DNA of 64,000 nt from Candidatus Hydrogenedentota bacterium (lineage in GTDB: Bacteria > Hydrogenedentota > Hydrogenedentia > Hydrogenedentales > SLHB01). Location of the stretch: positions 41,248 to 105,247 of the forward strand of contig CAVUWV010000019.1 in the NCBI GenBank assembly GCA_963745075.1, given 5' to 3'. A program made the position numbers and the translations under genes. The notes beneath the pieces were generated by a model, which had not been told where the DNA came from, searched no databases, and saw nothing but the letters and a program-made list of their open reading frames with translations. Numbering within the stretch: position 1 is the first letter of the stretch; every line of letters begins with the position of its first letter. Shown here in pieces: positions 18,642-27,820 of the stretch.

Positions 18642-18692
18642 CCGGCTGCCGAGTGCGTTTCGTTCGCCTTGCGCTGTCGTGCGGGGTGATAC

Positions 18693-19781
18693 ATGAGTTT
18701 TAGCGATATCCGCGATCAGGAGACGGCCGTTCGGTTCTTGCAGAACATCCTGCGGGAGGAGCGAATCCCCAACGGTCTGCTCTTTTACGGTCCCGGCGGC
18801 GTCGGCAAAGGGTTGGCTGCGCTGGAGCTGGCCAAAGCAATTAACTGTACCCAGCAGAACGGCGACGCATGCGACGCGTGTCTGCCGTGCCGGAAGGTCA
18901 TGAGCGGCAACCATCCCGACATCCGGCACGTAAGTCCGTCGGAGAAGACCCGTCTGATTAAGAAAGCCGAAGTTGACGAAATCAACGAGATGGCGGCGCT
19001 GCGCCCTTTCGAGTCGGCGTGGCGGATCTTTATCATCCAGGACGCGGATCGCATGAACCCCACCGCGCAGAACCACTTTCTCAAGACCCTGGAAGAACCG
19101 CCGGGCCGTTCGTTGTTCATTCTATTGAGTGAGTTTCCGCGCGTTTTGCTGCCCACGATCCGTTCGCGCTGCCAAGCGGTGCGGTTTCGGGCGTTGCGTC
19201 AGGAAACCGTGGCGGATCTGTTGCGGCGGGAACGCGACCTTCCGGATGATCTGGCTGAATCCATCGCGGGAATCGCCGAAGGTCAGATGGCCCGCGCGCT
19301 GGATTTGGTGGACTCCGACAAGCGCCAGGTGGTGTTGTCCCTGACGGCACGGCTGGCGGATGGCGAGGATCCGGTGGTGATGGCGGAGGAGTTCACGAAG
19401 TTTCTGGGCGACCAGCGTAAGCAGTTGGAAGCCAGTCTCAAAGCCGACATGGCGTACGAGTCGGCGGACGAAGTGAGCCGTGCGGACATGGAACGGTTGA
19501 AGGACGAGCGGCTCGCGCAACTCACCGCCATGTCCAAACGTGATATGCTTGAATACTTGTATCTCTTGGAAACCTGGTATCGCGACGAAATGATCTTTGG
19601 CGCGACGCGCGACAAGTCGCGTGTGTGGAACAAGGACCAGATTGAACGGCTGGAATCCGCGAAGGCCGGAACGTCCGCCGAGAAGCTGCGTGCGATTGAA
19701 ACGGCCCGGATGTATCTCGACCGCTTCATTAATGAAGAGCGGGTATTTCGGGACCTGTTTCTGACGCTTGCCGCGTCGTAG
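18693..19781 (+). CDS. holB: DNA polymerase III delta' subunit
   Basis: LFYGPGGVGK, C..C..C Zn motif, NHPD, LKTLEEPP, LPTIRSRCQ. Confidence 0.93.
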   Translation: MSFSDIRDQETAVRFLQNILREERIPNGLLFYGPGGVGKGLAALELAKAINCTQQNGDACDACLPCRKVMSGNHPDIRHVSPSEKTRLIKKAEVDEINEMAALRPFESAWRIFIIQDADRMNPTAQNHFLKTLEEPPGRSLFILLSEFPRVLLPTIRSRCQAVRFRALRQETVADLLRRERDLPDDLAESIAGIAEGQMARALDLVDSDKRQVVLSLTARLADGEDPVVMAEEFTKFLGDQRKQLEASLKADMAYESADEVSRADMERLKDERLAQLTAMSKRDMLEYLYLLETWYRDEMIFGATRDKSRVWNKDQIERLESAKAGTSAEKLRAIETARMYLDRFINEERVFRDLFLTLAAS

Positions 19782-19803
19782 CGCTACCGTTTGGAGCGAC
19801 TGA

Positions 19804-20853
19804 ATGCAAACTGTAAAGATTCGCCTGCGTAAACCGACGCGGGTGTTTACGTTTCTCTCCGAAGATATTCCTCTGGGCCGGGACGAAGACTGCATCGTGC
19901 GCAGCGACCGCGGGCTCGAGTGGGGTACCTGCGTGGTACCGCCGGAACCGTGTCCCGAGGACATGAAAAGCCGGTACAAAATGAACGTGGTGCGGAAAGT
20001 GACGCACAATGATGAGAGCACGTACCGGCAGATTCAGGAAGAGGAAGCGAAGGCCAAAGAGTTATGCGCCAAGCGCATTCGGGATCGAAGTCTTCCCATG
20101 AAGCTGGTCGACGTCGAATATACCTTCGACAAACACAAGGTCATTTTCTATTTCACGGCCGCGGACCGGGTGGACTTCCGGCAACTGGTTCGTGACCTGG
20201 CGCAGGACCTCAAGACGCGCATCGAGCTGCGTCATATCCAGGTGCGGGACGAAGCCAAGCTGACCGGCGGTATCGGAATGTGTGGGCGCGAACTCTGTTG
20301 TTCGACGTGGCTGCGCGAATTCAAACCCATCTCGATGAAGATGGCCAAACGTCAGAACCTCTCTTTGAACCCCTCGAAGATCAGCGGGCAATGCGGGCGC
20401 CTCCTGTGTTGCCTGAGTTATGAGAACGAGATGTATAAGGAACGGAAACGGTCCGAGAAGGCGGAGCGCGAATCCCAACCCACGGCCGAGCCCGAGCCGG
20501 TCGTTGATCACGTGGACGCGTTCGGCGCCGCGGGCGCCTTTGGCGACTCGGATATCCGGCCCCGTCCTGCCGACTGGCAGGAACGGCTTCACGAGATGAA
20601 CGGGGATGATGCCGTCGGCATCGCCGACGACGCCACCGACGAGACTGAGGGGCGTGGTCCGTCCGAACAACGGCGAGGCACCCAACCGCAGGGATCGTCG
20701 GCCCGGCCACCACGAAGTCCGTCGGCGACGCAGGGATCCGGCCACTCCCCGGACGGGTCCAAACGGAGAGGCCGCCGCCGCCGCAGGCGCCGTCCCGGCC
20801 GGCCGGGCGACTCGCAATCGTCGAGTTCCGGAGGCCAAGGTTCCTCGTCCTGA
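19804..20853 (+). CDS. ricT: RicT/YaaT (PSP1) family Fe-S protein with disordered Arg-rich tail
   Basis: FYFTAADRVDFRQLVRDL, CGRELCC, KISGQCGRLLCCL; follows holB. Confidence 0.9.
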   Translation: MQTVKIRLRKPTRVFTFLSEDIPLGRDEDCIVRSDRGLEWGTCVVPPEPCPEDMKSRYKMNVVRKVTHNDESTYRQIQEEEAKAKELCAKRIRDRSLPMKLVDVEYTFDKHKVIFYFTAADRVDFRQLVRDLAQDLKTRIELRHIQVRDEAKLTGGIGMCGRELCCSTWLREFKPISMKMAKRQNLSLNPSKISGQCGRLLCCLSYENEMYKERKRSEKAERESQPTAEPEPVVDHVDAFGAAGAFGDSDIRPRPADWQERLHEMNGDDAVGIADDATDETEGRGPSEQRRGTQPQGSSARPPRSPSATQGSGHSPDGSKRRGRRRRRRRPGRPGDSQSSSSGGQGSSS

Positions 20854-21630
20854 TGGGTCTCGTCGACACGCATTGCCATTTGCAGTCCGACCGTTTCGAT
20901 GAGGACCGCGAGGCCGTCCTGGCGCGTGCGCTCGAATCCCTGGATTGGATCGTGCTCATCGGTGATTCGATTGCGTCCAGCGCGGCAGCGGTGGAACTGC
21001 TACGGGAAAACGTCTACGCCGCAGTCGGCATTCATCCCTACCATCCGGAGCAAGCCGATTCCGCGGGTATCGAACGGCTGCGCACGCTCGCGGCAATATC
21101 GGGCGTGGTGGCCATCGGTGAAATCGGGCTGGACTATTTCAAGTACAACGACGCCCCGCGCGACACTCAACACGCCGCCTTTCACGCGCAACTGGAACTC
21201 GCGGCGGAACTACAACTCCCCGTCGTGATTCACAACCGCGACTCCTGTGACGATCTCGCTGCAGATCCTGGAGGAGCACCACCGAAGCTTGTGTGGCGGG
21301 ATCATGCACTGTTTTGCGGGGAACGCGGCATTTCTCGAGCGGTGCTTGTCGTGGGATTTCCACGTGTCCTTCGCGGGAAACGTGACGTTTCCGAAGGCGC
21401 CGGAACTGCGGGACGCCGCACAGGCCGTTCCAATGGAGCGGTTGCTGGTCGAGACGGACAGCCCCTACCTCGCGCCGCAACCGGTCCGCGGAAAACGATG
21501 CGAACCCGCCTACGTGCGCTACACGGCGGAAACCTTGGCGGAGGTCAAGGGCGTCGACGTGGACGAACTAATCGAGCAAACGACGGCTAACGCCTGCGCG
21601 CTGTTTCGTATTGGCGAAGGATCCGGTTAG
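20853..21630 (+). CDS. tatD: TatD family hydrolase (+1 frameshift near 21258)
   Basis: DTHCHL, GIHP, AIGEIGLDY, VIHNRD; then GIMHCF, ETDSPYLAP in the next frame. Confidence 0.9.
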
Positions 21631-21673
21631 CGATTTGGAGTTTTACGCCCCGTTGTTGGCTTACCGGACAAAC

Positions 21674-23458
21674 TCAGTCGCCCTGCAACGTCTCGTCGGC
21701 GGGCTCGTCTTCAGCCGAATCCTCGGTCGCTTCCGGCAGGGATTTTGTCTCACCTTCCTCGTCTAGCGCCAGCGCGGGCAACGGCGGGTGGAGTTTGTGA
21801 ATGACGTGGCTGAGCGGTTCGTGCATGAGCCGCGATTCCCCGCCGCTGACTTCCCGTAACAAGGGTTGGAGGAATTCTTCCTCGCGCAGGGCGGACGGTT
21901 CGCGTCCGGCTTCGCGCAATGCGGCAATCACGTGGCCGATGGTGATCTTGTCGATGGACCGCGCGGGCGCGTACGTGACCGGCTCGGTTACGCAGCGCTG
22001 GACGAGGCCCGCTTCATCGAGTTGATCGAGGGTTTCGTTCAGCAGGCGCGTCGGGACTTTCCATTCTTCCGCCGCTTCCGACGGCGAAAGACCCGGTAGT
22101 CCGGCGTCGAACCGATGGGCAAGTTCGACCATAGCACGCAGGGCCAGGGCTTCGCGGTAGGCCTCGCTGGCGCCCGCTGCGTGGCGTTCCATGGCGAAGG
22201 TCTTTTCGTTCTGGTAGGCAAAGGTGAGCTCGGCGCCGAAGAGCAGGATGACCCAACTGAAATAGATCCAGATGAGCAGGAACGGAAAGAGCGCGAAACT
22301 CGAGTAGACCACGCTGTTTCTGGCGAGGCCGTATTGGAGGCCGAAATACCCCATCGACAGAAGCAGCCACAGAGTGCCTGCCACAAAGCCGCCGAGAACG
22401 GCGTAGCGCCATTTCACTTTGGTATTGGGCACGATGGCATAGAGCGTCGTGAAGGCGAACCAGATGACCAGGTACTGAATGCCGCGTGCCGCCAAGGCCA
22501 GCACGCCAAGCCGATCGGTGACCGTGTCGCTGCCCAGCGCCGCCGTCAACCCGATCACGCCCATCACGACGAACGGCAGCAGGATCGTGATCATCATGTA
22601 GTCGCTGAACATGCGATACCAGGAGCGTGTCTGCTTGAGTCCCCATATGGAGTTGAAAGACGATTCGATGTTGCGCATGAGCCCGAACACGGCAGTGAGT
22701 ATGAAGGCCAATCCGGTCAGTCCGAGCGCGCGGGGATTGGCGCTCTGGCTTGCCAGGTTCAGGATCGAGTCTATGGGGTCGATGGGTTTCTCCACCTTGG
22801 TTTCTACCGTGGAGGAATCAGCCGGTTCGGTGTCCCCACGCTCGACCGCCGAAGAACTTTCTACCGGGATTGCTGAGGTTTCCGCATCGGTATGCGCCTC
22901 CATAGGCGTATCGTTCTGTTGCCCGGAAACGGCATCCAATCCGGCGCCCTCGCCGTCAAGTTTCGGCGCCGAATCTCCCGGTGACTGTTCGATCGTGGGT
23001 TCCGGCCCGAGCGTCGTCTCGCGGCCCGTCGGGGCAGCCTCCATGGTTTCGGAAAGTCCGGGAACCAATAGATTGATCATCTCTTTGATTTGCTGATTGG
23101 CATCGTCAGGTTCGCGACCGGTCGAGCCGCTTGTACTCTGGCTGGTGGAATCGACACCGGCGAGATCGGCGATCATTCCGGTGATCTCGGTGGTGAGATT
23201 GAATTGATTGATCACGAAATACAGAACCGCTACGAAGGGCACCAAGGACAATACGGTGGTATACGCGAGGGCCGCAGCGCGCAGCAGCAACGCGTCCTGC
23301 ACCATGTTCTGCATGAGCATGATGACGACTCGCAGTTGCTTCACGATGAAGCCGTAGGGAACTTCTTCCCCTTCGCGGCCTACAATCCAGATGTCGTGCG
23401 TCGCAAACCGGCGGCCCCGATCCAGGGCTTCGAACATCCGCTGGATATATTCTCTCAT
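21674..23458 (-). CDS. YihY/BrkB membrane protein with C-terminal HTH and long acidic insertion
   Basis: AAALAYTTVLSLVP, IESSFNSIW, PNTKVKWRYA, WIYFSWVILLFGAE. Confidence 0.85.
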   Translation of the reverse strand: MREYIQRMFEALDRGRRFATHDIWIVGREGEEVPYGFIVKQLRVVIMLMQNMVQDALLLRAAALAYTTVLSLVPFVAVLYFVINQFNLTTEITGMIADLAGVDSTSQSTSGSTGREPDDANQQIKEMINLLVPGLSETMEAAPTGRETTLGPEPTIEQSPGDSAPKLDGEGAGLDAVSGQQNDTPMEAHTDAETSAIPVESSSAVERGDTEPADSSTVETKVEKPIDPIDSILNLASQSANPRALGLTGLAFILTAVFGLMRNIESSFNSIWGLKQTRSWYRMFSDYMMITILLPFVVMGVIGLTAALGSDTVTDRLGVLALAARGIQYLVIWFAFTTLYAIVPNTKVKWRYAVLGGFVAGTLWLLLSMGYFGLQYGLARNSVVYSSFALFPFLLIWIYFSWVILLFGAELTFAYQNEKTFAMERHAAGASEAYREALALRAMVELAHRFDAGLPGLSPSEAAEEWKVPTRLLNETLDQLDEAGLVQRCVTEPVTYAPARSIDKITIGHVIAALREAGREPSALREEEFLQPLLREVSGGESRLMHEPLSHVIHKLHPPLPALALDEEGETKSLPEATEDSAEDEPADETLQGD

Positions 23459-23541
23459 GGAGATATGCTACACGGTAGCGTGCCGCGTTGCGAAATCGGG
23501 ATGGTGTCCCAAGCGACTCGCCCAAAAGGATTCGAGAGGGA

Positions 23542-24813
23542 TTACCGTTCTTTGCCGATGTGGACGGTTGTGCCGATGGGGCAAAACCGGAACAAGGTCT
23601 CAGCGTCCTCGGGTCGCATTCGAATGCAGCCCGCGCCTTTGCCGTCGCCGATGGACGCGGTCTCGTCAGTGGGATGAATGCCGTAGCTCAAGGGAACGCC
23701 TTCTGCCGCCAGTCCCATCCAACTTTCGCCGAGGGGATTGCGCGGGTCGCCGTAGGGGATCGACCTGCCGCGGTGGTACCAATCGGGCTTGGCAATCTTG
23801 TTGCATATCACGAAATCGCCGGTGGGGGTGGAACTGCCTTTACCCAGACCAACCGGAAACCGCCATAGGAGATTGCCATCGGCAAATACGGACATTTCGT
23901 ACAGGTGGCGGTCGACTTCGAGATGTACGCGCGCTTGCGTGAAAACAGCGTCAGCATCCGAATTTGTTGATCCCACATTGCGGCGATTTCCTCCGGTGGC
24001 GCCTTCGGGTGCGGGGGGCCTCGACCGATACGACGCAAACCCCGCCAACGCGGGACCCGGATCGCCGCCTTCCGGTTGATCGCTGAAGCGCACGTAGCCG
24101 CCCGGCCCGCCCATCCCGGTAAGGCCATCCAGAGCCGCCGCGTCGTACGCTTCGCCCCCGCCGGCACTCCATGCCAGTTCCCCGGGCGTGGTCTCTGCTT
24201 TCTTGCCGTGGTTCCGGCCCGACGCGGACCGGCCCGTTTCGGTGGATGGCGGGATTGACCGCTTCGCGGTTGTCTCGGCGACGCGAACCATGCGGGGCGT
24301 ACTGTGGTGATCGGCCGAAACGCCGGAGTCGTCGAAGGGCCACCAGAGCAGCCAGAGAAACACAGCGGCCAGAACTGCCAGCCATGGCGCAAGCCGTATT
24401 CGCGAACCCCGCGTATCCGGCGGCATAGCGGTATCGTTCGGCGAAGGACGAGACTGCGTTCGGGCTAGGGATCGCAAGGTTGGAACCGGTCGGCGCGGCG
24501 CCGGAAGACACCAGCGCACTCCCAGGATATACTCGTGGGGCTGCGATGGGTCACTACGGACGATGTGACCGCTGAGACGGATTAACGCACCCGATTCACG
24601 GTCATCGCGGGGTGCAAGTTCAACGTCAACGGCGGTGCCGGGCGACAGCGCGCTGTATGCGCGAATGCCTGCGCCGTCACGACTGATATTCACCGCCGTG
24701 CCAGTAAACAGTGGAGTCGCCGCGTCCGCGCTGATGACCACGGCAGTGCGCTGCGTGGCCGCTCGTTGCGCAGTTCGGCGCTCCACGATGGATTGAGTTG
24801 CAGCCCGTACCAT
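23542..24813 (-). CDS. PilZ-TM-L,D-transpeptidase (YkuD) fusion
   Basis: ERRTAQR and NISRDG (PilZ); TM WLAVLAAVFLWLLWW; FPVGLGK..TPTG, NPLGESW, YGIH...GCIRM (YkuD). Confidence 0.8.
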   Translation of the reverse strand: MVRAATQSIVERRTAQRAATQRTAVVISADAATPLFTGTAVNISRDGAGIRAYSALSPGTAVDVELAPRDDRESGALIRLSGHIVRSDPSQPHEYILGVRWCLPAPRRPVPTLRSLARTQSRPSPNDTAMPPDTRGSRIRLAPWLAVLAAVFLWLLWWPFDDSGVSADHHSTPRMVRVAETTAKRSIPPSTETGRSASGRNHGKKAETTPGELAWSAGGGEAYDAAALDGLTGMGGPGGYVRFSDQPEGGDPGPALAGFASYRSRPPAPEGATGGNRRNVGSTNSDADAVFTQARVHLEVDRHLYEMSVFADGNLLWRFPVGLGKGSSTPTGDFVICNKIAKPDWYHRGRSIPYGDPRNPLGESWMGLAAEGVPLSYGIHPTDETASIGDGKGAGCIRMRPEDAETLFRFCPIGTTVHIGKER

Positions 24814-25142
24814 CGTTGCCCTAATGCGCCCCAGTTGCTGCGAGCCATCCCACTCACAGACCCAAGGGAGGTAGTATAGCACAAAAACGGGGTTTGCGGG
24901 GTGAAATGACGATAATTTCTCTAAGTCCGTGGGCGGTATGGATTAAATAGCCTCCGTGGATGTTTTCGGTGGGGCTGGCCCTGCCATGTTCCGCCTGCAA
25001 TGGCCAAATAGCTCTTGACGCTTGTCTCAAAGGCACTTACAATGACGCAGCACCGTGCCCGCGATATCTTGGCGGTCTTGGGTTTGGGCGACGCTGGCGC
25101 GGCTACAGCACAGGCGACCACGCGTCAAGCGGGAGGGGATCG

Positions 25143-26612
25143 ATGGGTTCTGCGACGGACAACATCTTCCAACGGCTGGAATCAGCCATCTCGGAATGGA
25201 GTGCGGAAATCAAATCGTCCTCCGCCGGAATGGCGGAGAAACTTGCGCGGGCCAAGGATCGCCTTGGCGATACGCCGGAGGGCGCGGAATCGGTGGAAGC
25301 CTTGACGGCCTCGCTGGACTTTGCGCGCGCGGAGTTTGCGCGGCTCGAAGTGTCGTTGCGCGAGTGCTTGGGCGCAGCGAAGTCCGCTGACGACCGTGCG
25401 GCGAACGGGGAACAGGCCGTGGCGGTAATTCGCGAGGAGATGGCGCAGCTACGGCAGGAACTCTCCGAGAAACTGGAAGCCGCCACCACGTCCACGGAGG
25501 AGGGGCCGGCCCGCGATGAGGCTTTGGTCGCGGAGGTGGAACACCTCAAAGAACAGCTCACCGAATTACGCGAAATCGCCGAACAAACGACGGAACCCGA
25601 AACCGAAGAATCCTTGGCCGCCGTATGCGGCGAACTCGAGTCGTTGCGGGTGTCCGTGACCGAATTGCGCGGCGCTACGTTGGGCGGTGAAGACGTTACG
25701 GCGCTGCAATCTGAGATCCAGGGGCTAAAAGAGCGTTTGACCGAATTGGGGGAAACACCCCCGGGCGAACTCGATACGGCGAACCGTGCCGATGTCGATG
25801 AACTCCGGAACGCGATTTCCCAGTTACGCGAGTCCCTTGGAGAAGCGGGAGAAACCGCGCGTCGTGTCGAGGAATTGGAAGGGATGCTCGCGGTGGAGCG
25901 GGATCGCGCCGATCGGTTGGAGCAACAGATCGCGACCGCGGATCACCCCGCCGGGATCTCGCCGGAAGCCGCAGTCGAGCTGGACTTATTCCGGGAAGAA
26001 TTAGCGGAGATGCGCGCGCGATTCCTTACATCGGGCGCGCCGTCCCCGGTGCCGAGCCAGGAAGAGGAGGTGTTCACTGCACCGGAAACACCGGTGTACG
26101 AACCGCCCCCGCCGCCGTCTCCCGCGGAACATCGTGTCGCGGTGGTGGATCTCGAGTTGTCGGGATTCGACAGCGACGGACGGCGCAGGCGCATGGGCGA
26201 CATTCTTGTCGACGCGGGCGTATTGACGCAGGAGCAGTTAGAGGAAGCGCTTCGGGAGCAGCAGGAGCACCCGCAACGCCGTCTCGGCGCGATTCTGGTC
26301 GAATTGGGCCACACGGAGAGCGACGTCATCGCGCAGGTGCTGGCGTGCCAACTGAAGCTGCCCTACGTCCAACTGGAGCAGGAAGTCCCGGAAGAGTCTG
26401 CCGTGCGGCTGGTAAACGGCCGCCTGTGCCGCCATCATCACTGCGTTCCGGTCCGGCTTGAAGATGAGACCGTAATCCTCGCCATGTCGAATCCGCTGGA
26501 TCTGATCGCGATCGAAGACATCGAACTTGCCACGAGCCGTCGCGTCGATCCCGTCGTCGCATCCGAACCGGATATCGCCAAAGCCATCGAATGGTTTTAC
26601 GGAAGCGAGTGA
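25143..26612 (+). CDS. Coiled-coil protein with C-terminal MshEN/GspE-N domain, no ATPase
   Basis: Long acidic heptad region; RMGDILVDAGVLTQEQLEEALREQ...RLGAILVELG; LAMSNPLDLIAIEDI; ends before any Walker A. Confidence 0.8.
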   Translation: MGSATDNIFQRLESAISEWSAEIKSSSAGMAEKLARAKDRLGDTPEGAESVEALTASLDFARAEFARLEVSLRECLGAAKSADDRAANGEQAVAVIREEMAQLRQELSEKLEAATTSTEEGPARDEALVAEVEHLKEQLTELREIAEQTTEPETEESLAAVCGELESLRVSVTELRGATLGGEDVTALQSEIQGLKERLTELGETPPGELDTANRADVDELRNAISQLRESLGEAGETARRVEELEGMLAVERDRADRLEQQIATADHPAGISPEAAVELDLFREELAEMRARFLTSGAPSPVPSQEEEVFTAPETPVYEPPPPPSPAEHRVAVVDLELSGFDSDGRRRRMGDILVDAGVLTQEQLEEALREQQEHPQRRLGAILVELGHTESDVIAQVLACQLKLPYVQLEQEVPEESAVRLVNGRLCRHHHCVPVRLEDETVILAMSNPLDLIAIEDIELATSRRVDPVVASEPDIAKAIEWFYGSE

Positions 26613-26614
26613 CG

Positions 26615-26760
26615 GTTGCGGAGTGTGAATTGCGGAATGCGGATTGACGCAGGCTGGCGATCTCCGTTTGCAATGTGTTTGTGCACGGAGGGTTTGGTCT
26701 GTGTAACGAGGGTCCATCTCTTAGCTATAATTTGAAATCCGCAATCCAGAATCCGCAATC
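26615..26760. repeat. Inverted heptamer (AATCCGC-type) arrays
   Basis: ttgcggagtgtgaattgcggaatgcggattg facing aaatccgcaatccagaatccgcaatc. Confidence 0.6.
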
Positions 26761-26777
26761 GCAAAGGAGCATCAACC

Positions 26778-27713
26778 GTGAATCGCAGACAGTTTCTTCA
26801 GGCCGGCGCTGCCGGGATTGCCGCCGTGGGCGCAAGCGCTACTGCTTCGGCGCAGACCGCCGTGCCCATGTACCAGGAAGGCCTCAGCCAGTGGCCGTTT
26901 GTGTTGAACGCCAGCACGATTCGTCCCACGCCGCTGGTGGACAAGGTGAAGGTCGCGTCCGAAACTGGTTACGACGGGATCGAATTATGGGTCCGGGAAC
27001 TCGAGGACTACGAGAAGGGCGGCGGCAACCTGAAAGAATTGGGAGAAGACATCACGGAACGGGGAATGTATGTGCCCAACGTCATCGGGCTGTGGGATTC
27101 CATTCCGGCGACGCAGGAAGATTTTGATGCGATGCTGTCCACGTCAAAAGAACGCATGCGCATGGCCGCCGACGTGAAGTCGAAGCACGTGGCCGTGCTG
27201 CCGTTCCCGGACCGCGAAGATTACGACCACTACTGGGGCGCGGCGCGTTACGGGGACCTGCTGAAGATCAGCCGGGACGAGTACGGCGTCATCGGGGCGC
27301 TGGAATTCGTCGGGTTCACGAAAGGCGTCAACCGGCTGGGCTTCGCTTCCGGCATGGCCATCGACGCGAACGACCCCGACGCGTGCATCGTCGCCGACAC
27401 GTTTCACCTGTGGCGCGGCGGTTCCGGATTCCAAGGCGTCCGTCACCTTAGCGGCAAGTTCATCGCCGACTTCCACTGGAATGACGTAGGCCCGGACGCG
27501 GACGTCAATTCAGCCGGCGACGCGGACCGCATCTACCCCGGCGACGGGATCTTCCCCTTAACGGATGTCCTCAAACAACTCGCTGAAATTCATTACACCG
27601 GCCCGCTGTCCCTCGAACTCTTCAACCGCACCCACTGGGAATCCGACCCAACCGAAGTCGCCGCCGTTGGCCTGGAAAAGATGCGCGCCGTGGTGAAATC
27701 GGCTATGGGCTGA
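26778..27713 (+). CDS. Tat-exported sugar phosphate isomerase/epimerase (xylose-isomerase-like TIM barrel)
   Basis: NRRQFL Tat signal; GYDGIELW, ALEF, DTFH, PGDG, SLELF. Confidence 0.85.
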   Translation: MNRRQFLQAGAAGIAAVGASATASAQTAVPMYQEGLSQWPFVLNASTIRPTPLVDKVKVASETGYDGIELWVRELEDYEKGGGNLKELGEDITERGMYVPNVIGLWDSIPATQEDFDAMLSTSKERMRMAADVKSKHVAVLPFPDREDYDHYWGAARYGDLLKISRDEYGVIGALEFVGFTKGVNRLGFASGMAIDANDPDACIVADTFHLWRGGSGFQGVRHLSGKFIADFHWNDVGPDADVNSAGDADRIYPGDGIFPLTDVLKQLAEIHYTGPLSLELFNRTHWESDPTEVAAVGLEKMRAVVKSAMG

Positions 27714-27820
27714 CGTGAAAGTGCGTGACCAATCTGGGCAGGTTCTACCAGGTAGGTGGAACTCCCAGGTTCGCACGCCGGTCCCCCAACGTGACCCGGT
27801 TCTTCAACTTGGCCGATGGC

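Noticed and set aside
26778..27713. Tat-exported isomerase as unusual
   Set aside because: Tat-signal TIM-barrel isomerases are common in polysaccharide-degrading diderm bacteria
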